Shown here one piece after another: positions 8,662-17,666 of a stretch of DNA of 33,800 nucleotides (position 1 is the stretch's first letter; each line of letters opens with the position of its first letter). The DNA is taken from NCBI GenBank assembly GCA_030586555.1, contig JAURAC010000032.1, positions 1,889-35,688 on the forward strand, read 5' to 3'. Source of the stretch: Candidatus Subterrananammoxibius californiae (GTDB lineage Bacteria; Planctomycetota; Brocadiia; Brocadiales; Subterrananammoxibiaceae). The notes beneath the pieces were generated by a model. It was given only the letters and a program-made list of their open reading frames with translations. It did not search any database and was not told where the DNA came from. A program made the translations under genes and the position numbers.

Positions 8662-9725
8662 TTCTTTTCGAGAAGTAATCTAATTTTCTCCTTATCAGGA
8701 TGCAAAATTACCCCTTTCTCTGTAATAATAGCCTCAATGTATTTAGCCGGTGTTACGTCAAAAGCAGGGTTATAGACGTTCAGCCCTTCCTCCGGGGCTA
8801 TCCTGCATCCGAAAGGTTCGGTAACTTCCTTTGCATTACGCTGTTCAATTGGTATTTCATTACCAGAGGGAATCCTTAAATCAAATGTGGATATTGGCGC
8901 AGCAACGTAAAACGGTATGCCGTGTTCCTTTGCCAGAATAGAAACCCCATAGGTGCCAATCTTATTGGCTGCATCACCGTTAGCCGCAATCCTATCAGCG
9001 CCAACTATAACACAGTCAATCTTGCCTTCCTTCATAACGGAAGCAGCCATGTTATCGCATATCAATGTTGTTTCAATCCCGGCTTGCACGAGTTCCCAGG
9101 CGGTAAGCCGAGAGCCCTGCAGCAGGGGTCTTGTTTCATCAACATAGACGCGAACCTTTTTGTCCTGTTCCTTTGCGGCGAAGATAACACCCAATGCGGT
9201 TCCGTAGTCTGCAGTGGCAAGTCCTCCTGCATTGCAATGGGTAAGCACCCTGCAATTGTTCTTTAAGAGTGCAGCGCCATTTTTCCCGATACGTCGGCAT
9301 ATATCTTTATCTTCTTCGTATATTGTTATTGCTTCCCTTAGCAAACGCTCCTTAATCCCCTGCACGGGCACGTTGCAACGTGCCCCTACAATCTCTTCAG
9401 CAACCCTTTCCATGCGTTCAAGCGCCCAGAAAAGGTTTACGGCGGTGGGTCTCGATGTCCTGATATAAGAGGTTACTTCTTTTAGCTTTTTAAAAAAACC
9501 ATTGAGACTTCCTGTATTGGTATTTCTAATGCCAACGACCACTGCCATAGCTGCAGCAATCCCAATGGCAGGCGCACCGCGAACCTTTAGCTCCCTGATT
9601 GCCTGCCAGATGCATGGCAGGTCTTCACAATAAATATACTTGAATTCTCCGGGCAAGAGGGTCTGGTCAATAAGCTTTATCTTGCCGTCAATTCCCCCCT
9701 CCCACATAATTGTATCTACTGGCAT
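8658..9725 (-). CDS. mtnA: S-methyl-5-thioribose-1-phosphate isomerase
   Basis: VRGAPAIG, SRPTAVNLFWA, LTHCNAGGLAT, DETRPLLQGSRLTAWEL, ANKIGTY, NPAFDVTP. Confidence 0.96.
   Translation of the reverse strand: MPVDTIMWEGGIDGKIKLIDQTLLPGEFKYIYCEDLPCIWQAIRELKVRGAPAIGIAAAMAVVVGIRNTNTGSLNGFFKKLKEVTSYIRTSRPTAVNLFWALERMERVAEEIVGARCNVPVQGIKERLLREAITIYEEDKDICRRIGKNGAALLKNNCRVLTHCNAGGLATADYGTALGVIFAAKEQDKKVRVYVDETRPLLQGSRLTAWELVQAGIETTLICDNMAASVMKEGKIDCVIVGADRIAANGDAANKIGTYGVSILAKEHGIPFYVAAPISTFDLRIPSGNEIPIEQRNAKEVTEPFGCRIAPEEGLNVYNPAFDVTPAKYIEAIITEKGVILHPDKEKIRLLLEKK
9362..9389. repeat. GTAG-type REP inside mtnA
   Basis: Minus strand GTAGGGGCACGTTGCAACGTGCCCGTGC; 26/28 identical to 20311-20338; encodes VGARCNVPV. 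Confidence 0.92.
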
Positions 9726-9748
9726 AAATGCTCCTTCAAAAGAATGCG

Positions 9749-9813
9749 AGGTTATGGGTTATGGGTAAAAAATAAATTTTCCTATAACCCATCACCTATC
9801 ACCTATAATCTAT
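9749..9813. repeat. Inverted heptamer tandem arrays in the mtnA leader
   Basis: (A/G)GGTTAT-like x3 ... ATAACCC ATCACCT ATCACCT ATAATCT. Confidence 0.75.
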
Positions 9814-9821
9814 GTTTACCA

Positions 9822-9849
9822 ATTATAGCATTGTAATATTCACTGTCAA
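9822..9849 (-). promoter_or_regulatory. Sigma70 promoter of the mtnA operon
   Basis: TTGACA-N16-TATAAT with extended -10 TG. Confidence 0.7.
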
Positions 9850-9905
9850 GGTGACTCTCAACTCTATCTGAAATATGCTTGACAAAACTAATATTCTAAC
9901 AAATA

Positions 9906-12900
9906 ATGAGCATAATGGCTAATAAATATCTTATACTCGGCAGGGCTGGAAGCGGGAAGACCCATTTCGTCCTGAATAAGTTCATGGATTTCGTTAAGGA
10001 ACATAAGGAAAAACATGTCTTGTTCCTTTTGCCAACGCATAGCCAGGTGGAACATTTAAAGGACGTTATCTTAAAAAAGGGGGTTGTAAAGGGCTTTTTA
10101 GACGTTAGCTTCTTCACCTTCAGCGGGCTGGCAAGATGGATATGGGAGTCAGGAGTCGGGAGTCGTAAGTCAGGAGTTATGTCCGAAGGTGCAAAAGACC
10201 TGCTATTAAAAAACATATTACATAAGCATCGTGTGAAGTACTTTGACGAGGTTTATGACTCCCCTGGATTCCGTCAAGCTATATTAAAGTTTATTAAAGA
10301 GTTAAAAGAAAATTCGTTATCTCCACAAAAGTTTGAAGGCATACTCAATAATCTTGCTTCAGCGGAAACACGGACAAACAACGACCCGTCCACTGGACGG
10401 GTGCCCCGCCATGCCACCCCCTCAACAGAAAAGTATGCAGGGCTTGTAAGCACTTATGCAAGATTTCAATCCGCTTTAGGCGGACTCGAAAATAACAAAT
10501 TATTAGACACAGAGGATTTATTAAATGTTTTATTTAACGAGCTAAAAGATGAAAGTTCGCTCCTTATCCACAAAGAAATTCTGCTGGTGGATGGGTTTCA
10601 TGATTTTACTCCTATAGAGTTTAAAATACTAACCCTTCTTGTACAACGGATACCCAATGTTTATATAACCCTTGCATTGGACAGGAATCCCCCATTCCCC
10701 CCATTGGAAAAGGGGGGAGGAGGGGGGATTTTTCATGCCGCCTCTCGCACGTACGCCGAACTGTCTTATTTGAACCTCAAAGAGATAGTCTTGCACGATT
10801 CTTTCAGGACAAATGAGCCAACGCTTAGACATATCGAAAAAAATCTGTTCCGTAAGCACACCGAGGCAATTGTTGCAGATGACTCCATAAACATTATAGA
10901 AGCAACCAATATCCGGGACGAGGTGGACCAGATAGCACGCAGCATTTATGCACTGGTGAACGGGTGCCCGCAGAGCGGGCGCACTGTCAGGTATAAAGAC
11001 ATTGGGGTAATCTTTAGAGACGTTGATAAGTACTGTGACCTCATAGAGAATATATTTTTCAGGTATGGGATTCCAGTCAGGATTTATGCTTATAGGGCTT
11101 TGAGGGAAAACTACGCTATTAAGGCATTACTTAACCTGATAAAAGTTTTTAGAGAAAACTGGAAGGATAAATGGGTTATTAAGGTCTTAAAGTCCGACTA
11201 TTTTGGTTTAGAAAAGGATTTGGTAGACAGGTTTGAACACAGCGCCCTTAAAAAAGGGGTTATTAATTCCAGGAAAGGTTGGTTAGCATTAGCGGCATCA
11301 ACACCCATGAAACAAGTTCAGGGTAAGCAAATTCAACAATTCTTTGATACGCTGGCCGAACTTGAAAACGGTATTCAGGCTAACCAAACCCCTTCCTTCT
11401 TCAGGGAATGGCTTCTTAATGTCATTGCCAACCTTCTTATTGTGAGAAAGCCGCTTATCCCTGGAACACTCAGCGAAAATACGGTTAAAGGTGACATCGC
11501 CGCCATAAAAACATGCGCCAGCCTCCTTGATGACGTTGTACGTGTTTGTGAAATAGAAGGCATTAAGGAGCTTTACCTCCATGAATTTATTGAAATGCTT
11601 TTGCCTTTGCTTGACGTAGCCACGTACAGTATTAAAGACAAGCGGGGCGACGTTGTTAATGTGATTGACGCCATGGAAGCCCGACAGTGGGAATTACCCA
11701 TTGTTTTTGTTAGCGGACTCCTCGAAAGAGAATTTCCGAAGCAGGTTCGTGAAAATCTATTCTTAAAAGACAGGGTTCGCAGGGAGTTGAATGCACAAAA
11801 TGGCATCCGCCTTAAGGAGGAATTAAGAGGAGGAGAAGAAGAGCGGTATCTCTTTTATATAGCCGTTACAAGGGCAAGGGAGAAGCTTTTTCTTACCTAT
11901 CCGAATACTAACGATACCGGAAATAAGAACCTTCCATCATTCTTTTTGTCAGAGGTAAAAAAACTATTCACAAAGGATATCGTGAATCACAGGCGCCTAT
12001 CTCAGGCTGTTCATAATGTATACGATATTTTGACGCCCAAAGATTTAAAAGATTACGTCTTTTACCAGTTAAACGCTCCCTATCGAAAGGGCAGTCAAGA
12101 AGAACGTATGCATGGTCTCACCATTTGGTTTTACAATCAACTCCGTACAGACAGGCAATTCATCGAAGAAATAAGGATTGCCCTGGAAGACCGTTGTAAA
12201 GCCTTTATAGACAGCAACACCATTATAGACAAACTGAAAGAGGCAAATACCTGTTACAGCGCCACCCAGCTTAAAGATTATGCCCAGTGCCCATTTCTGC
12301 ATTTTTACAAGCACATCCTTAAGATAGAGAAACCGCCTTCCCTGGTGGAAGATGGATTGGACAGTATCAGACAGGGTGTTATAATCCATAAAACCTTAGA
12401 AAGATATTTAAAGAGCAAACTTTCTCTCGAACGATGTGAGGAAGTTGCACGGACAAACGAGTTTGTCCATGCCACCCAACGCCACGAAGCAGACATCTTT
12501 GAAATATTTGAAGAGGTTTTTGATAAGGAGATGAAGGGGATAAGGATAGGATTCAAGGAGCTAAAATTAAAAGGCGAATTAGAGGCGACAATCAAGGCAT
12601 TTATAGAGAGCGAGGAGGGCTTTATCAAACTTTATAAACTTAGCCCATTACACCTCGAAGCGAGATTTGGATATGGAGCTCAAATACCCCTTATAATTAA
12701 TGATGAGGAAATTGGTGCAATTAGATTACAAGGGAAAATAGATAGAATAGACGTAGCTAAAGTAGAGGGTACTTTAGTCGGTATTGTGCTCGATTATAAA
12801 TACAGTAAGAATGGTTTTAACGAGGAGGAGTTCACGCAGGGGCTGGATTTGCAGCTGCCAATATACCTCCTTGCAGCCCGAAGGCTCTTTAACATAGTCC

Positions 12901-13205
12901 CTATAGGGGCGGAATTTTATACCCTTAAGTCCTTCAAACGAAGTGGGTTGATAAATAAGGATTTCGTGGAGAAGGGTGTGTTGCCGCCAGAGCCTCCTAA
13001 GAATACGAAAATGCTCGATACCTCCCAGTTCGAATCATTAATGGAGGATTGCAAGGGTCGTATTGTTAAATATGTCAAGGAAATCATAAACGGCAACATA
13101 ACAATAGAGCCTGCCAACCCTGACAGGTGTGGTAGCGGCATTTGTGATTTTGCAGACGTATGCCGATTTGAAAAGTGGATGATAGGCAAAGGAAGTGATA
13201 AGTGA
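9906..13205 (+). CDS. addB: AddB-like helicase/nuclease subunit (start 9906 or 9915)
   Basis: GRAGSGKT, VDGFHDFT, EEERYLFYIAVTRA, QCPF, LQGKIDRID, LDYK, LQLPIY, C-terminal Cys cluster. Confidence 0.88.
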   Translation: MSIMANKYLILGRAGSGKTHFVLNKFMDFVKEHKEKHVLFLLPTHSQVEHLKDVILKKGVVKGFLDVSFFTFSGLARWIWESGVGSRKSGVMSEGAKDLLLKNILHKHRVKYFDEVYDSPGFRQAILKFIKELKENSLSPQKFEGILNNLASAETRTNNDPSTGRVPRHATPSTEKYAGLVSTYARFQSALGGLENNKLLDTEDLLNVLFNELKDESSLLIHKEILLVDGFHDFTPIEFKILTLLVQRIPNVYITLALDRNPPFPPLEKGGGGGIFHAASRTYAELSYLNLKEIVLHDSFRTNEPTLRHIEKNLFRKHTEAIVADDSINIIEATNIRDEVDQIARSIYALVNGCPQSGRTVRYKDIGVIFRDVDKYCDLIENIFFRYGIPVRIYAYRALRENYAIKALLNLIKVFRENWKDKWVIKVLKSDYFGLEKDLVDRFEHSALKKGVINSRKGWLALAASTPMKQVQGKQIQQFFDTLAELENGIQANQTPSFFREWLLNVIANLLIVRKPLIPGTLSENTVKGDIAAIKTCASLLDDVVRVCEIEGIKELYLHEFIEMLLPLLDVATYSIKDKRGDVVNVIDAMEARQWELPIVFVSGLLEREFPKQVRENLFLKDRVRRELNAQNGIRLKEELRGGEEERYLFYIAVTRAREKLFLTYPNTNDTGNKNLPSFFLSEVKKLFTKDIVNHRRLSQAVHNVYDILTPKDLKDYVFYQLNAPYRKGSQEERMHGLTIWFYNQLRTDRQFIEEIRIALEDRCKAFIDSNTIIDKLKEANTCYSATQLKDYAQCPFLHFYKHILKIEKPPSLVEDGLDSIRQGVIIHKTLERYLKSKLSLERCEEVARTNEFVHATQRHEADIFEIFEEVFDKEMKGIRIGFKELKLKGELEATIKAFIESEEGFIKLYKLSPLHLEARFGYGAQIPLIINDEEIGAIRLQGKIDRIDVAKVEGTLVGIVLDYKYSKNGFNEEEFTQGLDLQLPIYLLAARRLFNIVPIGAEFYTLKSFKRSGLINKDFVEKGVLPPEPPKNTKMLDTSQFESLMEDCKGRIVKYVKEIINGNITIEPANPDRCGSGICDFADVCRFEKWMIGKGSDK

Positions 13206-13330
13206 CGAGGAGTTAGTGGCGAGTGAAGCACAGGCTGAAGGCTGAAGAAAGAGATTTTTCATTCAGCCTATCTTTTCCTCAGCCTTCAGCCTGTGCTTCA
13301 CTATCACCTTACCACTTGCCACTCGGCACT
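13194..13330. repeat. Nested inverted heptamer arrays with a 24-bp perfect inverted repeat
   Basis: AGTGAAGCACAGGCTGAAGGCTGA (13222-13245) / TCAGCCTTCAGCCTGTGCTTCACT (13279-13302), flanked by AGTG.../...CACT heptamers. Confidence 0.9.
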
Positions 13331-13339
13331 GATTATTAT

Positions 13340-16300
13340 ATGAATATTCCATTAACAGAAGAGCAAAGAAAAGGTGTTGAGGTAATTGACAGGGATGTTT
13401 GTGTTACTGCGGGCGCAGGGTCCGGGAAGACACACGTCCTTGTGGAACGATTCATTAACCTCGTCCTTTCACATAAAGTTCCTCTCAATGAAATCCTTAC
13501 TATTACGTTTACCGAAAAGGCTGCCAATGAAATGAAGGAAAGGGTGGCAAATCGTTTTGAGGAACAGGGAATGGAAAAGGAGCGTCAGGACGTAGAATTT
13601 GCCTACCTTTCCACTATTGACAGTTTTTGTACAAGACTCCTCAGAGAAAATGCTATTGAGGCAGGTGTTAACCCTCAGTTTGGCGTACTTGAGGAATATG
13701 AATCCACTTATTTGCTCAGGCTTATAATTGAAAATATCCTGACAGGTTGGCAGGAAACAAACAGTGCAGATTTTGAGACGCTTATGAATGAAGTATGTTG
13801 TAAGGATTTTACAAGTAGCATAATAAGACTCATTTCAAAGATAAGAAGCACAGGCGCCTCAGTAGAAAACGTCGTACTAAAAGATGTTACTCCGGGGGAT
13901 TTAAACAATGCACACAACAGGCTTTTTGAGTGTTTGAATCAAATTGAAATACTGAGACAAGGTTTGAAGTCCAGCGCTTCGAGGGTAATGATTGATAAGG
14001 TTATTTCTCTGTTGAAGACCTTAAAAGAAGCAACTGTTTCAGAGCTTGACTCTTGTCACCTTCAAAAATTAAAAGAAACCTCAGAATCAATCAAGTTAAC
14101 TGGACTCAAAGGAGAACTTAAAAGCCAATTAACCTGCCTGCGTGATGAACTGATACCCTCGCTTCAGGAACTCGTTGCAGAGAGGTGCGCCTTAAAGTCA
14201 AAGACCGTCTTGAAGAAGTTTTTAGTAGAAGTGATGGATGGGTATAACCGTGAAAAAAGAAAGTTGAGCCTGCTGGATTTTGCCGACCTGGAAGAGAAGG
14301 CAAAAAGATTACTTGAAACCTCCCCCGACATTAGAAATGAAGTGAGGGAAAAATTTAAGTACATCCTCGTAGATGAGTTTCAGGATACTAATAGCCTGCA
14401 GAAATCCATCATTGACCTGCTCCGTGGCGTTAATAATCTCTTTGTAGTTGGAGACGAGAAGCAATCAATATATGGTTTCAGGAATGCCGATGTGCAGGTT
14501 TTCATTGACCATAAGAAGGAAACCTTAGACCAAAATGGCGAGCTAATTCCACTCAATAAGACCTTCAGAAGCAGGCCTGAGATTGTTAACTTTGTGAATC
14601 ACAATTTTGCAAGAATATGGAATGAAAACGAATGCTTTGGCACAGAATACGAAGATTTGGTTGCAGGGGCAACTTTTGATAGAAAGGATAGCCCTTCTAC
14701 GGAACTAATTCTAACTACCGATGAAGATGTAAACAAGAGGCGTGAATCAGAAGCAAAGACAATCGCTCAGCGTATCCACGATATTGTTGAAAATGATGAA
14801 TTAAGGATTACTAACCTTTCCCCCCACCCCACCCCTCCCCCTCAAGGGGGGAGGGATGGGTGGGGGTGCGGCAAAAACATATCCTACGGCGACTTTGCGC
14901 TCCTGTTCCGCAACACTACCGATATTAAGGTCTTTGAGCGTGCCCTTGCGGAGTTTGATATTCCATTTTATGTGGTCAGAGGAAGGGGTTTTTACCATAC
15001 AAGGGAGGTAACGGATGTATTAAATTTTCTCAAGGTAATAAACAATCCCCGTGATGAGATAAACCTTACCGCAGTTCTGCGTTCCCCCATGGTAGGGCTA
15101 AATGATGAGGCGCTGTTTTGGTTGGCTTATTATGCAAAAGTACAAAGCACACAAGCGGAGTTTCCGAAACAAGTTCTGGATGACACTTCTTCTACCGTTT
15201 GTCATGCTGAACTTGGTCCAGCATCCCATGGGTCGGCCAATAAAAAACAGTCGCTTATTTCAACGCTTAAGGATGTAGAAAAAATAAATGAGCTTAATAC
15301 GGAACAAAAGGAAAGAGTCTTAAAATTTGTAGAACTGTTGGAAGAACTTCGCACAAAAAGCAGCCGCAACAGTGTTTGGTCTTTGATTGATGAGATTCTC
15401 GATAAAACTGCTTACGACACAAAGGTACTCATAGAACTCAATGGCAAGCAGAAATTTGCAAATTTAAGAAAGATATCTGAACTGACCCGCAGCTTTGAGA
15501 AGAGAGACCTGTTTGAGGCGGAGGACTTCTTCAGGGTTGTGGAGAACCTCAAGCTCATGGAAATAAGGGAATCGGAGGCGCCTACTGATATTGAGGAGGG
15601 GGATGTCGTTAAGCTCATGACAATCCACGCAGCAAAGGGGCTTGAGTTTCCTGTAGTAATAGTACCTGATATAGGAAGGGCGAGAGGGGGCAGGGGGGAT
15701 GATTTTGTCTTTTCTGTGCAGGATGGTATAAGTTTTACTATTAAAAATCTGCTTACCGGGGTCGAAGAAACGCCTTTAAGTTATCGCCAAATAACAAATC
15801 AGATGAAATTAAAAGAGGATAGGGAATCGGCTTGTTTGTTTTATGTGGTGATGACGCGCGCTAAGGAACACCTCATATTAAGCGGGTCAATGGGCATTAG
15901 AAACAGAGGGGAATGGCTAAAGTACATTATAGAAAGTTTGAATATTAATACTGACCTCAGTCTCAATCCAGAAATTTTCTCCTTTGGTGAAAATGGCAAC
16001 AAGATTAGATTTGTATCGAATGTACGCATCAAAGAAGGCGAAAAATCGGTTTTTCAAAGGATACTTTATAGAAATCATAGGCAAATCTTAGAAGGTCGAA
16101 CAATAAAAAAATCTATTGATGATGAATTAATGCGTACCGGTACACAGGCGCTTTCAAGGATACATCACATTGCAAAGCGTCTTGTTAAAAAAGACTATAT
16201 CTATACCGTCTCTGAAATTTTGACGTATAACATTTGCCCAAGACAGTACTATTTTAAATATTATCTCGGTTTGCCTGAGACAATCCCCCTTATTCCCCCT

Positions 16301-16963
16301 TTAGCAAAGGGGGAGAAAGGGGGATTTGTCGGCGAGGATGAAGACCTGCTTCGCAGAGATGAATTTGGAATGCCAGGACACGAACTTGGCAACATTGTTC
16401 ATGATGTCTTAAGTAGTTATGATTTTTGTAAAGGGTGGCATGGACAAACTTGTTTGTCCGTGCTACAAGCAATAAGCGAAAGTGCCTCCACCTTAATCTC
16501 AGACTGGATTAAGTCTTTCTCTACAAGTAAGATTGGCGAAAAGGTAAGAGCATCACAGAAGATTGAACGTGAGCTTCCCTTTGTCTTTAATTATAAGGGC
16601 AATTTAATAAAGGGACGAATTGATTTGGTATTTGGGAATCCACCTGAAGCGGATTACACCATCCTCGATTACAAGAGCAATAATATTGGTGAAAGGGATA
16701 TAGAGGCGCATGTCAAACATTACGAATTGCAGATGCAGCTTTATGCTAATGCTCTAAAGGCAATCTATGGCAGTTGTCCAAAGGAAGCCATACTTTACTT
16801 CCTTGTGCCCGGTATCGCAGCAAATGTTGATATATCCGAAGAAGCAATGGCAAAGATGCAGGAGAGATTAGACACATTTTTCACAACAGCAGAAAGAGGC
16901 GAATTCCCCATAATAAAGGGTGAAATGTGCAGTTGGTGCGCATATAGAAAATTCTGTTGCTAA
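13340..16963 (+). CDS. addA: AddA-like UvrD helicase/nuclease subunit (conserved part starts at ATG 13340; in-frame GTG at 13223)
   Basis: AGAGSGKT, ITFTEKAANEMKER, LVDEFQDTN, VGDEKQSIYGFRNAD, MTIHAAKGLEFP, GRIDL..ILDYKS, QMQLY. Confidence 0.92.
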   Translation: MNIPLTEEQRKGVEVIDRDVCVTAGAGSGKTHVLVERFINLVLSHKVPLNEILTITFTEKAANEMKERVANRFEEQGMEKERQDVEFAYLSTIDSFCTRLLRENAIEAGVNPQFGVLEEYESTYLLRLIIENILTGWQETNSADFETLMNEVCCKDFTSSIIRLISKIRSTGASVENVVLKDVTPGDLNNAHNRLFECLNQIEILRQGLKSSASRVMIDKVISLLKTLKEATVSELDSCHLQKLKETSESIKLTGLKGELKSQLTCLRDELIPSLQELVAERCALKSKTVLKKFLVEVMDGYNREKRKLSLLDFADLEEKAKRLLETSPDIRNEVREKFKYILVDEFQDTNSLQKSIIDLLRGVNNLFVVGDEKQSIYGFRNADVQVFIDHKKETLDQNGELIPLNKTFRSRPEIVNFVNHNFARIWNENECFGTEYEDLVAGATFDRKDSPSTELILTTDEDVNKRRESEAKTIAQRIHDIVENDELRITNLSPHPTPPPQGGRDGWGCGKNISYGDFALLFRNTTDIKVFERALAEFDIPFYVVRGRGFYHTREVTDVLNFLKVINNPRDEINLTAVLRSPMVGLNDEALFWLAYYAKVQSTQAEFPKQVLDDTSSTVCHAELGPASHGSANKKQSLISTLKDVEKINELNTEQKERVLKFVELLEELRTKSSRNSVWSLIDEILDKTAYDTKVLIELNGKQKFANLRKISELTRSFEKRDLFEAEDFFRVVENLKLMEIRESEAPTDIEEGDVVKLMTIHAAKGLEFPVVIVPDIGRARGGRGDDFVFSVQDGISFTIKNLLTGVEETPLSYRQITNQMKLKEDRESACLFYVVMTRAKEHLILSGSMGIRNRGEWLKYIIESLNINTDLSLNPEIFSFGENGNKIRFVSNVRIKEGEKSVFQRILYRNHRQILEGRTIKKSIDDELMRTGTQALSRIHHIAKRLVKKDYIYTVSEILTYNICPRQYYFKYYLGLPETIPLIPPLAKGEKGGFVGEDEDLLRRDEFGMPGHELGNIVHDVLSSYDFCKGWHGQTCLSVLQAISESASTLISDWIKSFSTSKIGEKVRASQKIERELPFVFNYKGNLIKGRIDLVFGNPPEADYTILDYKSNNIGERDIEAHVKHYELQMQLYANALKAIYGSCPKEAILYFLVPGIAANVDISEEAMAKMQERLDTFFTTAERGEFPIIKGEMCSWCAYRKFCC

Positions 16964-16980
16964 ATATAGATTTCAAATTA

Positions 16981-17028
16981 CTCGTTCCCACGCAGAGCGT
17001 GGGAATGCAATGGCAGACGCTCTGCGTC
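16981..17028. repeat. Left REP/inverted repeat of the RAYT
   Basis: CTCGTTCCCACGCAGAGCGTGGGAATG...GACGCTCTGCGTC; inverted relative to 17578-17627. Confidence 0.9.
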
Positions 17029-17045
17029 TTTAAATAAGGTATCCA

Positions 17046-17579
17046 ATGAGCAGAACTCGCTATCGAATTATTGGGAATAATCACCCACATTTTCTAACTT
17101 GTACGGTAATAAACTGGATTCCCATTTTTACAGAACCAGAAATGACAAAAATTGTCCTGGATTCCTTAGATTATCTACAACAACATAAGAGATTATGTCT
17201 TTATAGTTACGTGATATTGGAAAACCATATCCATTTGATTGCATCCGCTGAAGATTTATCAAAAGAAATCGGCGATTTTAAATCTTTTACGGCAAGAAAG
17301 ATTATTGATTATTTAAAAGATAAGCATGCCATGACAATTATCAATCAATTAGAATATTACAAACTGCCCCATAAACAGGACAGGAATTATCAACTCTGGC
17401 AAGAAGGTAGTCATCCGCAGTTGATTCAAGAAGAAGAAATGATGAGGCAGAAGATAGAATATATTCATTATAATCCGGTAAGAAGAGGCTACGTTGATGA
17501 CCCAACCCACTGGCGTTATTCAAGCGCCAGAAATTATGCGGGACAGGCGGGCATATTGAAAGTTTCTACGGAGTGGTGA
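17046..17579 (+). mobile_element. REP-associated tyrosine transposase (RAYT, Y1 HUH family)
   Basis: HFLTCT, YVILENHIHLI (HUH), DFKSFTA, LWQEGSHP, YIHYNPVRRG, WRYSSA; flanked by inverted REPs. Confidence 0.92.
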
Positions 17580-17627
17580 CGCAGAGCGTCCGCCCCCCCC
17601 CATTCCCACGCAGAGCGTGGGAACGAG
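17578..17627. repeat. Right REP/inverted repeat of the RAYT
   Basis: GACGCAGAGCGTC...CATTCCCACGCAGAGCGTGGGAACGAG. Confidence 0.9.
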
Positions 17628-17666
17628 ACAACTTTCATTCTCACAACTTTATAAAGGTTAAACAAT

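Noticed and set aside
16981..17627. IS200/IS605 element with TnpB
   Set aside because: No tnpB; protein motifs and flanks fit a RAYT.
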